DNA of 37,287 nt from Pelomyxa schiedti (lineage: Eukaryota > Protista > Evosea): positions 1-37,287 of the forward strand of contig JAHLWZ010000020.1 of the NCBI GenBank assembly GCA_020536535.1, given 5' to 3'. A program made the position numbers and the translations under genes. The notes beneath the pieces were generated by a model, which ran no database searches, had not been told where the DNA came from, and saw only the letters and a program-made list of their open reading frames with translations. Each line of letters opens with the position of its first letter. Position 1 is the first letter of the stretch. This document shows, in pieces, positions 10,223 to 23,186 of the stretch.

Positions 10223-10660
10223 TTGGAGAGACTGAGGACTGAGCCGAATCTGGACTATTACCAGAATGAGACAGCGAAGGTAATGATCAGCGCACAGCAT
10301 CTGATGGCAGGGGAGGGCCCATACCACGCACAAAATAGAATTTTTGGTGTGTCCACCACCTTTTTTGTCACGCACCGATTTTTTTACAAGATGCCGAAAA
10401 CCACAGTGGTGTCAACAGCCTTGTTTGGGTGCCAGGACAAGTCCACCACTGTTCTGGAGTGTGACGTGACGTCTTCTAAAATCACTGAACACAATTTGGG
10501 CAACAGTGTTAACATGGTGTTCTTGAGTGAAACTGGAAACTGGTGTTTTTTGTATTGTGCCCCAAGTCCTGATTTGGTGTGTCATTGGTCAGCACACATG
10601 GGTCCATCATTACCACCATCTAATCTCTCTAGAGTTTTTCAGCAAGGTGCCCAAGAATGA
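10223..10660 (+). pseudogene. Possible degraded family B fragment
   Basis: IFGVSTTFFV weakly resembles the family GVSPTLGV motif. The downstream sequence is beta-rich. No intact start, and it abuts the 3' end of kinase copy 2. Confidence 0.25.
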
Positions 10661-10673
10661 GGCTCTGGAGAGA

Positions 10674-13530
10674 TCAGAGTTTGTTTGTGGAGGGAGATTG
10701 TTGCGTGAGTGCTGAGATGGCATCTGCAGCTGAGAGCCTGGCAGCCTTGTCAGGGTTCATCATCCTAATCATCACGGACTCCACCAACAGAGCAACAGTG
10801 GGGTCCACACCACCATTGTGGTTCTGATCAACCTCCTCTCCTAATGTCACAGTTGTCGTTTGGGTTGGCAGTGGTTGTGGTGGTGTGGGTGATGCTGCTG
10901 ATGAAAACAGTGAGAAAGGGAAGGCACGTGAAAGGCGTGACTTAGGCACAGCTTTTGCTGGTTGCACTTGGGGCTGTGAGGGTTTCACAGATGAAACTGA
11001 ATGAAGAGGGAACTGGCTGAGGAGTTTCTGGGTGTTGAACGTGCTCATGTCACCATTCATTGTGCTCCCAATGAACCTGTTGGATTGTGGCAGGAGAGCA
11101 TCCCAGAAAGTGAGGGCAAGTGCAAAGGAGTCACACTTTGAGTATGAGAACACACTACTTGTGCCCCTTGTGATCCTCTTGAGGAACATGCTCAGCTCTG
11201 GTGGCATCATGCCTGTATTGCCCCATGGTTGCGACGTGGCTGACACCATCATTTCCATGCTTGGGCAGTGCTGTGCCTCGCCAAAGTCGATCAGTGTCAG
11301 TTTTCCAGTCTCTGGATCAACGAGAATGTTGTCTCCCTTGATGTCCCTGTGTTTGTGTTACAACAGAACATCAAAAGAAGAAGGGTGGTGTTACCTGTGA
11401 ACAACAAAATGTGATTCAATGTGGGAGATTGCCTTGAGTCCCTGAACAAACAAATTCTTAACTTTGACAGTGCTGGAGGTGGAAGAGAGGAGGAATGATG
11501 ACAGTGTGATCCCACAGTGGGGCATGAGGATGGCCAATGATTTGTTGTTGCAGAGTTCCCTTTCTATAAAAGAAATACCAAGGGATGACCAAAGCACCAA
11601 GAGGGTGGATCACATTTGGGTGATTTGGAACCAGTGAGAGGACAACACACTCAGCCATGTATTTCCTCCGCAGCAGTGTCTGTTGTGGGGTGTTCTCCCA
11701 GTTGAAAATGATCTTCATCACCATGTCTGTGGTTGTTGAATCTGATGCTGAAGCAGAACAACTTGCAGTTGATGATGATGAGAAAATGGGAGTGGTTGTG
11801 GAACTGGTTCTGCTCCTGTTGGCTGCTGCATTTGTGAATTGCACTTTGAACACAGCAGCATTTGATCCTGTACCAAGCAGTTTCTCCACATCAAAATCAC
11901 CAACATTGGCAGAAATCAGTGATGTCATTGTGTTCAAAATGGTCTGCATAAACATGGATGAAGTGTGAAAAGAGGAGGGAGACAGGAACCATGTATCTTG
12001 TGGACTTCACAACTTCTTCTTGGAGCTCTTTCCTCAAATTTGCCACTGAAGTTTGTTCCTGAAAGAGTGCTGCCTCTGTGGTCTTTGCACAACTCTCAAG
12101 ATGTTCATTTTCTTTCTGCAGCTGTGGAAATAAAAAATCTTATCATAATTGACTCACATGCCTCATCAATCTTCTTTGTCAAGTCCTCCCAGAATTCCTT
12201 GTTTCATTTAATTGTTAATCTGGGTTCTGGGGAAAAAGTACTGCACCTCCAAATTGATAACTGCTTGATGTTCCTGTGGTGTGGCAGAAGAGTTGAAGTT
12301 AATGAATTTTAAGAAGCTTGAGAATTGTGGAACCTCTGCTTTCTCTCTTTCCAACTGTGCCACTTGTTTCTTGAGAGACTCAAATTGCTGTGTGATCTAA
12401 GAAGTGAACGAGGCAATAACACAACACACCTCTTCATAATGTGCCCTTTCTTCAAGGAGCTGTTCTTTCAGGGATTCAACTTGATTTTTCAATGTTTCAG
12501 GAGTGATTTCTTCTTGTTGCACTGCAACGTTGTTCCTCCCATTGTTGCTCACTGAAGATGAGGAAGAGATCTCAGAGAGGATATTTGATGCACCCCTGTG
12601 ACCAAGCTTGGCAGCCATCACCAACCAGTGATGTGACTGGTCCACGTCACAATCAACACCAACACCATCCCTGAGACACACACCAAGGTGAAACATTGAA
12701 ACAGGATCACCACCCTCAGCACCCATCTGGAAATATCCAACAGCAGCTCTCTTGTCTGTTGGTGCTCCACAGTCTCCCCTTTCACAATACTCTCCAATTT
12801 CCCCAAGTGCCCCTGCGTCCAATGGTGTACTCTTTGCCTTGTTGTACAACTCCTGAGCCTTGTTGGTGTCCTGGACAACACCAACACCCCTTTCATGACA
12901 ATACCCAAGGAACACATCAGCCCTGTAACGACTTCTAATCCCTAGAGCACAGTTGAGTAGTTCCACACCCTTTGCCACATCCTTTGCCACGCCACACCCC
13001 CACAAGTAACACCACCCAAGGTACGCCTGTGCATCTTTGTTGTCACCAGACTGGTGGATGAGCTGCACGGTCATGGCCCAGTCCCTCTGCACACTCTCAC
13101 CACGCAAATAACACACACCGAGCCGCCAGGAGTGGCCTGGCCACACGCTAATTGCAGAAGTGTAGAATGACACAGCCATCTGTTGGTCGCGCTCCACACC
13201 CACGCCATGCTGATAGCACCACCCAAGCCGCGCCATTGCCCAGTTGTACCGCAGGTGAGCAGCCATTGTCCACGCCGACACCGCCTTGTCCGTGTTACGG
13301 TTGTATCCATCATCACCACTTCCATTGTAGTAGTCACACCCAACATCAAACAGCCCACGCCCATCGCATGCAGTGTTGTAGCGGCGCAGTGCCTCGTCGA
13401 GGTTCTTAGCTACTCCTTGATCACCTGTGCGGTAACACCGTGCCAGTTCACTCATTGCGTCTGCCTTCTCGACGAAGGAACCAATGCAATTGTGGGTGCT
13501 CTCGAAGTGGGTTGCGGTCACTGCAGCCAT
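10674..13530 (-). pseudogene. SEL1-repeat + coiled-coil + PINK1-like kinase, copy 2, disrupted by a net 85-nt deletion at ~11560-11571
   Basis: Highly similar to 5351..7879 and has extra coiled-coil exons (~12040-12310). The intron and exon segment LPAEFVEKIPSDKK of copy 1 are missing. Read-through is out of frame, and splicing the residual 15 nt creates TGA. Confidence 0.7.
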
Positions 13531-13810
13531 AGGAATTAGTGGAATTGATCTGAGGTTTAGGATTTGCCAAAGAGGAAAACGAAAGCTAAGGCAGAGGAGG
13601 CTCTCAGGAAAGTCCTTGGTTGTCCTCAAGGCTGCAACATTGGTGAAGTCAACCAAAATGACTGCGATTACGACTCCAATTGAGGGACACCATCATCAGC
13701 AGAAATACTTCCCATTGCCTGCAGAGAGTGGAGTTGGTGGTGGTGTGCCTCCTCTTCAGGTATCGCAAATCCGGATTCCCGCTTTGGGATTTCCCAGAAA
13801 CCTATCACAG

Positions 13811-16800
13811 ATGCAGCCGCGACCAATGGCGCAAGCGTGCGGCGGGGGAGTGCTGGACTACGTGATAGGTGGTGGTGGTGGTGGCGCAGCAGCGGCGAGG
13901 ACATCCACAGGGACAGGTGGCGGCCCCCAGCAGCGCGACGGAACCACCACAACCAGCAGCAGGATGGTGAGCCACCAACCAACCAGGGAGAGGGTCGGGA
14001 CACGGGAACAAACCACAAACCCTCGACCAAACCAATCAACTAATAGCAGGGAGACGAGAGCATAATGATGATGGCTGCTGCCGCCAGCACCACTGCGTCG
14101 GCGGTCGTGGGGCTTGGGGATGGTGGGCTGGGTGTGGGTGTGGGTGGGGGTGGGGGTGTGGGTGTGGGCGTGGGCGTGGGCGTGGGTGGCGGGGGGATGG
14201 GAGTGGGGGTGGTGGACCAGGTGGGGGCGGCTAGGGGGCAGATGAGGGGGCTGCTGGACCAGTTCAAGTCCTGGGCCGCACCCACGCCCCAGTCCCAGTC
14301 TCAGCCGCAGGCGCAGGCGCAGATGGCGGGTCTGGTCACTCCCTTCACCAACTCCAACCAGTCGTCTCCTCTCGTTGCCTCTGAGTGTGGAAGATTGGCT
14401 GTCCTCACAAAGGTTTTTTTTGTGTTTGTTTCTGTTTTAGTTCCCTTTTTTTTTTTTTTTTTTTGGTTCAGCTAAATAAATCAATTAATTGTCCAGGCTT
14501 TTGATCTCTTGCTGAACTCTCCGAGTGAACCCTCATCATTCCTCAACAATTTCAGCACCATGGCGGTTCTGGTCAATGACACGTTCAATGAAATTCTACA
14601 GTTTACCTCGGATCCAGCTCCGGCTGTTCGTGCTGCAGTCATAGGTTTTTTGGATACAATTTGCCGGAAATTTCCTGAAAGTATTTTGCCTTCCCCCGTT
14701 TAAAAAGGAAGCTTATTTCATTCCAAGGAATCGAACCCTGCACAGTTATGTTTCTACATATTGTTGATGACAATCCTACGGTGGTTGTCAGCAGGATCTT
14801 CTTAGCTGTGGCGAACTTGTGGCCGAAATCCTTGGAAATCTTGTATAAACAATCAACGAAAACACAGAGTAACTTATTTTGATTAGACTCAAGCCTCCCA
14901 GTGAAGGGCCTGCAGATCCACATGCCCTCTGGAATAACATCAACACACTCAAGACTCTATGCATAACACGATCACTTTTTTTACCAGAGTGTGCCAGAGT
15001 GAATTCCATAAGACTGATGGAATCTGTGATCCTCTGTGGAACCAACAGTGAAAATGTAAACGATGGCACATTTTCTCTTGAAAAAATCCCTGCCACCCAT
15101 CATGTGTTGTCTGCCGCATCAGTCAACAAGGATGCCATGGAGGTCTTTGATTTGTTGATTCAAATGGCTAACAAAATACAGTAATCATACCCTTTCCGTG
15201 GGGTTTCCTTTTACTCACCAACCCTTCAGAACAAGCACACATGCTATTGTTATTGGCCGGATACTTCTTGACCTTGGCAAACAGCGGCAATCACTTCTTT
15301 CTCAGGTCTTGCAAGCAGTGAAGTCCATAATTTCTCTCAGCAACAGCTTCACCGCTCAGTTGCATTCTATACATTACACATTAAAACTTTGTTTGCTGTC
15401 TGCACTAAGGTTTTCTTCAGCTCCCTTGAGTAATGTACTTATCTGTTTATTTTTTTTCAGAACAAATACACAAACCGTTACAGTGAATATGCCGCTATTC
15501 ACAGAGCTACTCACTGAACTGGGGGCAAAAGACCTGCTCAATGAACACCTGGAGAATGTATTTCCACCAACTGTTCAGATGATGGTCTAACAATACTGAA
15601 ACCTTCAGGTGAATGAACTTGCTATGAAAGCCGACAGTCCTCCTCTTACTCCTCCTCCTTCACAGCAAATAAGTGGTCCCAATACACCCCCGACTCAACC
15701 ATTGCAATCCAGTGCTGCTCCCGTGGCCTTGTCACAGTCTCCACCTCCTCAGCTGCTTCCACAACCTCCACTTCAACCCCCTATGGCTCCAACACAGTAT
15801 CCTCCGCACCCCTATGCCTTGATTCTTGAACAGCGGCTTCCTGGGTGAAGCAAAGAGGGTTGTATTTCTTTTCCTTCTAATTTATTTCTAGAATTTCGCA
15901 ACTATCAGCCTCATCCGTTGTTGACATTGCCCTTGAAAATATGTGGAGAATAGAGGCCGCTTCTACACCTCCTCCCTTTTACGGCTCTCTCCCAGAATCT
16001 TTGGACCAAGTATGCCCCATTGCACCCTATGACAATTCAGAAAACTGCCATAAAAAAAGATGCTTTTGCACATTTCTCAAGTTGCAAGCTCAAATCCTCC
16101 TCCAGAAGTTACTTCTAGAAAAAGGAGGGATCCAAGACTTGCCCGCCTTGAACAAACAGAGTAAAGTAAAACTCAAATTCAATAAAAGTAAACGCTTCTT
16201 AGATTGCCCCCACTGTCAATGCAAATTCCACTTCCGTTATCAGCCATGCAAACACCACAAATGCAAATGCCACCCCTGCAAATACAAGGCCAAATCCCAC
16301 TGCCAATGCAACCTCCACTCAACCAACCAGACTACAGTATGACACCATCTGCGCAGCCACAACAGTACCCATCATATACACAACAAGTTCAGTTGGTGCA
16401 AACAGCACCAGAACCTCAGCAGGCTGTTCCAGCACAGGTGAAATTACCCTCAATCAACACACGGCTAACTACTTCAGGGTTCCCTATCTTCAAACGACAT
16501 GGTTGAAATGAGTAACAGTGCAATTCAGCGAATTCTGATGGCAGAAGAAAACGTACCTTTTATCCTGCCCACTTTTTTCTCACGGCATTCAGGCTGCAAT
16601 TGCAGGAGCACTGGATTTACGATCCAGTCTCATCGCCAAGCTTGTTTCGTTCCAATATCAAAACAGTGATAACATTCCTCAAATCATATCCTTTATTCTA
16701 CAGGATCTGACTGCAAGGTTTCTTTCTGAACGTCTGCTCGTACGAAGAATAATTTTTTTTAGGAGACCTCTTGCACTCAAGTTGATGTATGCAATTGCTG

Positions 16801-18937
16801 CCAGAGAAATCAAATCCAACAATGGTGGCATTTTGTATGCTGAATTTTGCAAACAGTTGTTGATTGGTGCAGCGCAAACATTGCAAGTTTCACATAAAAT
16901 TTTGAGCAGTATTTTTATCCAGGTAAAAAAGCTCCAAAGCAATCCGGTGTTCTCTTACATTCAGACAGGCACCCTGGGTTCCTGACGAAGTTCTGGCAAT
17001 CCTGTATCTTTGGTCTGAGAATCAGCAAAATCTATCAGCCTTGCATATAGTGAAGGAATGGGCTGCTTACCTCCCGCCATTGCGGTCAAGATGCCTTTCT
17101 CATGTGCTCAAGTTTGTCACCTCAAAGGGTACTTGCTCTCTTCCACCCTCAACGATAGGATTTTCCTCAAAAAAGAGTGCAGATAATAAAATGAGTACGG
17201 CAGCGACAGATATTATCACCAATTATCTCTATAAGGTTCCGTCTGCCTCTGCTCAAATCATCGAATTCTCCAACAATCTCTTGGGACCAATTTATTGCAA
17301 GGTATACTTTCATTAATCATTTTATTTCCTTACTGTCTTTGTTGGTTTTTTAAAGCCTGAAGAAAAAATTAAAAAAGAGATGATGGAGATCACTCTCGAT
17401 AACGCAGATATCACCTTCCAGGTTCACATGTGTAAAGTTAATTAAGTTTTATTGATTATTGAATGAAGGAACAAAAGGAAAAGCTTAGTCCGGAAGAAGT
17501 TTCCTCAAGACTAGCATTCTATTTTAAACTGGTTGCCAAAGACTTCACTCTGCTCACTAAGTATTCTTATAATCGTTTAAAAAAACTCCTCATTCTCGAA
17601 AAGGTTGTTTGAAGTTTATTCCCTTTGCGACAAACAAACACAGAAAGTGATGCACAGTCTTGCACCTCCATTGGTGGCTGTAATGCCAAAGGAAGATCCA
17701 ACGTTCCTCCAAATATTGGATGGTTTGGCGCCAGGGTGCAACGTCGAAGTCTTGGTTTTGCTGTTTCTGCATTTAATGACTGACCAAAGTAAATTATCCC
17801 CCTTTTTCTTCATTGCTCATGTTTCCTGCAGCCAAACCACCACCAAAGCTGGTCGACGCTGTGAAGAGGGTACACGTTGCACTTTCCAACGATACAAGGT
17901 TTCTGGTGTCAATTGTTGCAGGTTTGACGAAGGTGTGACACAAACGATACCGAGACAGAGATTAATCTCCCTTCTCAATAATCAACAATAATCAATTATA
18001 CACAGGAAGAGATCCAAGAGTATCTCCCCAAGTATTTGGGTCTTAAACCCAATGTATTATTGGCCATGATTAACAGAATACTGCACACACCGTCCTCTCC
18101 ACTGGACCCAAGATCTTTTTTGATAATGTTGCACACTGTTCCTACAGCCTATGTCAAATCCGCTATTGAGCGTATGTCCACTACTAGGTGCCGGTACATT
18201 CATCAACAAGATATATTCATATAGCAATACGAATATGCCTTGAGCAAGGAAATATCTACACTCAAGACGTCCTTGCAGCCGTTTTGCAACATTTAGTGGA
18301 CGAAATTCCGGTACCCCCACTTTTCATGAGAACGGTGTGTAAACTCTCTTGACTCACTCAACACACTAACTTTGTAAATGCAAACAACAAAGACAATCTG
18401 GGTGGTGCAAAAGCACCGAAAGTTGATGAGCTTTGTGATGAACCAGTTGCTGTCAACTCTTATCCGCAAGCAAGTCTGGTTGGACCGCATCCTATGGGAA
18501 GGATTTGTCAACGTAGTGAAGGTAAACTTGTTGTTCTGTTCCAACAAAACAAAAACAACTCAACCCAAACCCAAACCTTAAACCACAAAAACCCAAGCAC
18601 CAAACTAACATTCCGGAAATAGATTTCCAAGCCGTTTTCGTTCCCGATAATATTACAGCTTCCGCCGGCGCAACTTGCGGTGCTCCTGCACAACAACGCG
18701 GACCTGCTGGGCTCACTGAGGACCTACTGCCACAGCACACAGCCCAAGATGCCCCCGCACGTTTCCAAGGTTCTGGAACACCCCGAATCCTTCCTCCCAT
18801 CATCCGCATCCCCGCCGGCATCCTCCTCCCCTTCTTCACCATCACCTCCACCAACAACAACCCAACAACCACCAAACAACACACCAGCACCTTCACCCAA
18901 AGACAAACCAACCCCAACCCACCCCCAACAACACTAA
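13811..18937 (+). CDS. SYMPK: Symplekin (cleavage/polyadenylation scaffold), many exons
   Basis: N-domain ILQFTSDPAPAVRAAVIGFLDTICRK and ARVNSIRLMESVIL. C-domain LLSTLIRKQVWLDRILWEGFV and ILQLPPAQL. A first exon 13811-13966 splices in phase 0 (GTGAGC...TAGCAG) to 14050. The start codon is inferred. Confidence 0.88.
14121..14210 (+). repeat. G-rich (GG[T/C]GTG)n coding repeat (poly Gly-Val)
   Basis: Tandem GGTGTG/GGCGTG units with G-runs in symplekin exon 2. Confidence 0.8.
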
Positions 18938-19007
18938 CTGCTCACAACCAATTAAAAATACCACCACAAACTGAACACAGTAAAAACAAGCAAAAAAAAA
19001 AAAAAAA

Positions 19008-20827
19008 ATGAGTGAAGGTGGTGATGATCCACGCGACATCGTGGTTGTTGTCGGGGGCCGACGCACCCCTTCGGGCAAGCACGACGTGACGATCGTCCGC
19101 AGCGAGATCTTGTGGACGCTCGTCGTGCCGTGGTGCCGCGCGTCGCCGTCGTCGCCCCTCTCGCGTTACCGGTCGCCCCCCCCGTCTACATCGTCAGATA
19201 CGAGCAGCATCAAGGTTGAGGCCTCAGAAGAGCCGACAGCAACAGCACCAACACCACCAACAACAAAAGCAACAAAAGCAACAACAAGAACCAAGAAGAG
19301 GGAAGAATTCGACATGGAGCTACTACGCAGTGGTGGCGGCGGTGACAGCGTAATTGTAGTTGTGAACAACAATAATAGTAGGAGGGGTGCTGGTGCTGGT
19401 GCTGGTGCTGGTGCTGGTGTTGGAGGAGGAGGAGTTGGGGGCGGTGGGGGGGTTGTGATGCCGGCGATTGGTGTGGGAGAAACCGGCAGGAGAATGACAT
19501 CCAGCGACGAAATGACCGCGTTCATTGTGAGTGTCGGGGAGTCTTTCTGGCCGCTGTCATCGCTGGTGGCTTCGCTGCTGGTTCCGCCGTCGTCGGTGTG
19601 CGCTGCGCAGCGGCAGGGCAGCGGCGCCGGCAGGGGTGGCAGCGGCCGCGGCGGCGGCGTGGCAGTGACGAGGCCCACTTTGAGCCAGGGACTGGTGAAG
19701 ATGTGTGCTACGGCGGGGGCTGTGAGGGTTATATCTGCCTTGATGAGGAGGATAATGGTTCTGGAATCAAAAAGGGCTGTGGCTCCCGCTACTAGTGCTA
19801 GTTACAGTACTACAACCAGCGGCGGTAAGGGGGGAAGGGGTGGCTGTAGTACGGGCAATGGTGTAGGGAGAGGAAGGGGAGCGAAGGTATTAATACCGTC
19901 TGTGACAAGAGATAAGGAAGAGCAATCAGATACCTCCCAAGATGTAAAGGAGAGCAGAATACATATAGCAACTGCGAAGCCACCACACCAAGTATGGGTT
20001 TGTGAGAGAGGCGAAACACACAAAGAAAAAAGGAAGACAGCCAACGTGGTACTGTGGGACCCACTTTCTGCTTGCTATGTAACTGACAGTCACCTTGAGA
20101 GCATGAATTCGCCTCCTCTGACCTCTAACAATACCCAAGAGGCTTCAGGAGGGAAGACCATTGAGCCACATGGAGAGAAGATTTCCTGCCCTTCCACAGT
20201 TCCGCTAAATGGTACTTGTATTCCCCACAGCACATGGCTTGTCGCACTAAATGAAGCCTGTGCAAATGGACACCTTCGGTTTGCTCAATGGGTAACAACC
20301 TTACTTTTAAATTCAATGCTTTACTGACCCCTTCTCAGGTTACAATGATGGATCCGACCTTGTCCAGGAAGGATGCTCAAGCCAAGAGTAACTCACTGTT
20401 CAGGACAACTTGCCAGGCCGGGCACCTGGCAGTGGCCAAGTGGCTTGTGGATAAGTTCTCACTGACCAAGAACGACGCCGCGGACATGTGCAATGCAGCC
20501 TTCCGGCTTGCCTGTGCGAGTGGAAGGCTGGAAATGGCTCAGTGGCTGGCCGGTAGGTTCTCACTCAAGAGGTCAGATATCTCTGCCGTGGACAACTATG
20601 CCCTGAACCACGCCTGTGAGAACGGCCACCAAGCAGTTGTGGAGTGGCTATGCAATAAGTACACAATAACATCATCAGACATCTCAGGAAACTCACTCTA
20701 TGGGCTTGTAAGGCGCAGCACAGAAAACGGCCACACAGCCCTTGCACAGTGGTTGGTATGTCAACTTTCATTGCAGCAGCACACAATGAGTAGCCCCCCT
20801 CCCTTGTGTCACACCAACAACACCTAG
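19008..20827 (+). CDS. Ankyrin-repeat protein with family A-type N-terminus (intron ~20292-20338)
   Basis: Repeats ALNEACANGHLRFAQW, AFRLACASGRLEMAQWL and ALNHACENGHQAVVEWL. N-terminal 'SEILWTLVVPW...VGESFWPL' resembles family A. Confidence 0.85.
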
Positions 20828-20939
20828 AGTACATAATACGAAAATGTTCACAACAAAATAGCCAAAAAAAAGTTTGTTTTGTATAAACGTTGTTATTACT
20901 TTGTGTTCTGATGTAAAATCAGAAGATAGCGGGTGTTGA

Positions 20940-22986
20940 TTATTTATAAGAGCTAGAGGAACTGTGGCTGGTGTGTTTGGAATTGTGATGTTTCTGATGA
21001 TGATGGTGTTTGTGGTGGTTTTTTTGGTTGCGTTGGGATTCCGGTTTTGCGTGGGTTACTGTGGCGCCGCGGCTTATGTTCTCCGGTTGTGTATCAGCAA
21101 GGGACGAGCCTTGTAAATCACGAACCGTAATGGTCAATTCCGACGCGGAAGTGTAGTCTACAACTTGTTGCAACATTTCCGTTACAGTTTGGTTCTGTTG
21201 TGTGAGTTCATCCAAAAGCAGCTCGAATTTTCCTGGTGGACTGTAAGCGGTTTTATGAATAGCTGGATCGGAACCTTTTTTCTCCATCTCTGCTTTTTCT
21301 TTGGCCTTCTTGGCAACTTCCCTTTGTTCGTGCCACACCTGAAGTATTTCTTGTTATTTTTTGTCTCCAATTGAGATGGAACTTTTACATCAGAAAAATT
21401 GGAAGCGAAGATTCCTATCGGAAATGCTAGAGACTTTTTTGAGTTTTAGCAAAATGAAAGGAAATAGGAGGACTGGCCATACTACAACACCACCAAGCAT
21501 TGTAATGGCTCCTACAGTTTTCCCGAGTTCAGTTTCTGGTTTGTGCTTATTGGGTTGAAATTGAAAACGTTGTGGTGTACTTGGATAGTTGTCACCGTAG
21601 CCTACAGTTGTCACAGTTGTAATACACCTGTAAAATCCATCAAAACTGACAAAGGCCGGCCAAAGGGGTAACCAACCACCAATAGGTGCCAATGATAGAT
21701 TGGAACGGACTACAAGCAATAAGGTTCAAAAAAAAAAAAGTAAGAAATAAATACCTCTTCCCTTGACTGGGATCATACTCAGTTTTATAGACCCAGGAAC
21801 CATCATAGAATTCGCACCCCAGTCCCTCCATGTAGTACATCAAACTGTGGTGTATTTTTTCGCGAGTAATAATAAGTAACCGATCTACATATGGATGACT
21901 GACAGAAAAACCTGGAAAACAGTGTCAACTCTATAAAGAGAAGGTTCAACAACAGGAGAGCCGTGGATTTACTTCGCTGAGCAGTTATTTTGATGACCTT
22001 GATTGCCAGTGTGAGGAGAGAGAATCTGATAAGAGAGAAACAATATACCACAAGAGTATCGGAATAGGAGCCAATTTTCAACACTCGAAATATTCTTACC
22101 AGTCTTATCACTCGAAGTACCGCCAATTGGCTAACAGAAGTCCCAATGATCAGTTCTACATAGTACGGTACAATAACTGAACAATAAAATAAGAACAAGA
22201 AAGCAGAAGTCTTGACGCACCTATAATATCGACCAGGGCCATTGGCTCTTAAGCATTTGCCGTCAAAGAAAAGATACTTGAAAGGTAAGCAGTATACTTA
22301 CCAAGTAAAAAGCCGGCGTATGGGGCAGATGCAACCTTCAAAAGATATTCCAGTGTGAATACCTGAAAATTAGTAAGTAAACTGAATATAAGGGGCCCTA
22401 CAAACTGCGATGCAACCAGCTTCAATCCCCATTCTGATGTATTGGGTTGACTTGATTTAGTGTTGGAGGCGAAAAAAAAAAAAAGAACAGAGGAAACAAA
22501 CAAAGATTTTGGAGAGTCTGGAAAGATATTAAAGGGGGAAATAGGTGTAGATTACAAAGAAACCTTCATAATACTCCGGCTCGGAACTAATAATAAAAGT
22601 GATGGTGGAGATAATAATTACAATTACAATAAATACGGCAATAAACATAGCCTTTTCAAAGTTACAATGTCAGCTCTTCGAAAAAGCAAAGGAAGCCCGA
22701 CTTAAAAAATAAAAAAGGACCAAACCAATTTTGAGAATGTGTGGTCAGTGAGGGTGTTCCAAACATAATCCCGTGCATTCTGTATTTCCTTGACATAAAC
22801 CCAAACGCCCCTGTTCGGTTTGGCATCGAGCCACTCCCTCGTGAACGCAATGTCCTTTCCCCCTTTTTGCTTGAGTTTCTCTTGGCTCTTTCCCTCCTCT
22901 TCCTGTTCATAACATTAAACAAAAGTAATAATTTTGGTTGTTCGTGTTGGCGCCGTGTGGTCTTGGGTGTTGGTATCTGTGACCAT
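20940..22986 (-). CDS. Voltage-gated (six-TM, Kv-like) potassium channel, multi-exon; 5' end approximate
   Basis: Selectivity filter TTVTTVGYGDNYP. S4 LAVLRVIRLVRIFRVLKIG. S2 FTLEYLLK. Pre-pore SPFQSII. S6 KTVGAITMLGGVVV. Pre-S1 RDYVWNTLTDHTFSK at ~22730-22780. Confidence 0.92.
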
Positions 22987-23186
22987 CGATGGTTGCCTGT
23001 GTCTGTGACTTTTTTGGTTTATTCGTGTTGTTCATTGACGCTCTGAAAAATAGTCTAGTGATGTTCCTTGAAGGTGGCTAATGAACATTTTGTTCCTGAT
23101 GTTGAACAAAGAGATGGTATGAGGCACAGCAAACACACCACTAATAAAGACCCTTCATTACGTTCTTGTGTTTTTGTTTGACATTT

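Noticed and set aside
13484-14065. Stand-alone 193-aa ORF
   Set aside because: Better explained as symplekin exon 1 spliced in phase (intron 13967-14049).
15609-16460. Pro/Gln-rich stretch as a separate gene
   Set aside because: It lies between the symplekin N- and C-domains on the same strand with plausible splice sites, so it is a low-complexity linker.
22662-22922. Basic 86-aa ORF as the channel N-terminus
   Set aside because: A different frame (EEEGKSQEK...RDYVWNTLTDHTFSK) has a proper acceptor and resembles the Kv pre-S1 helix.
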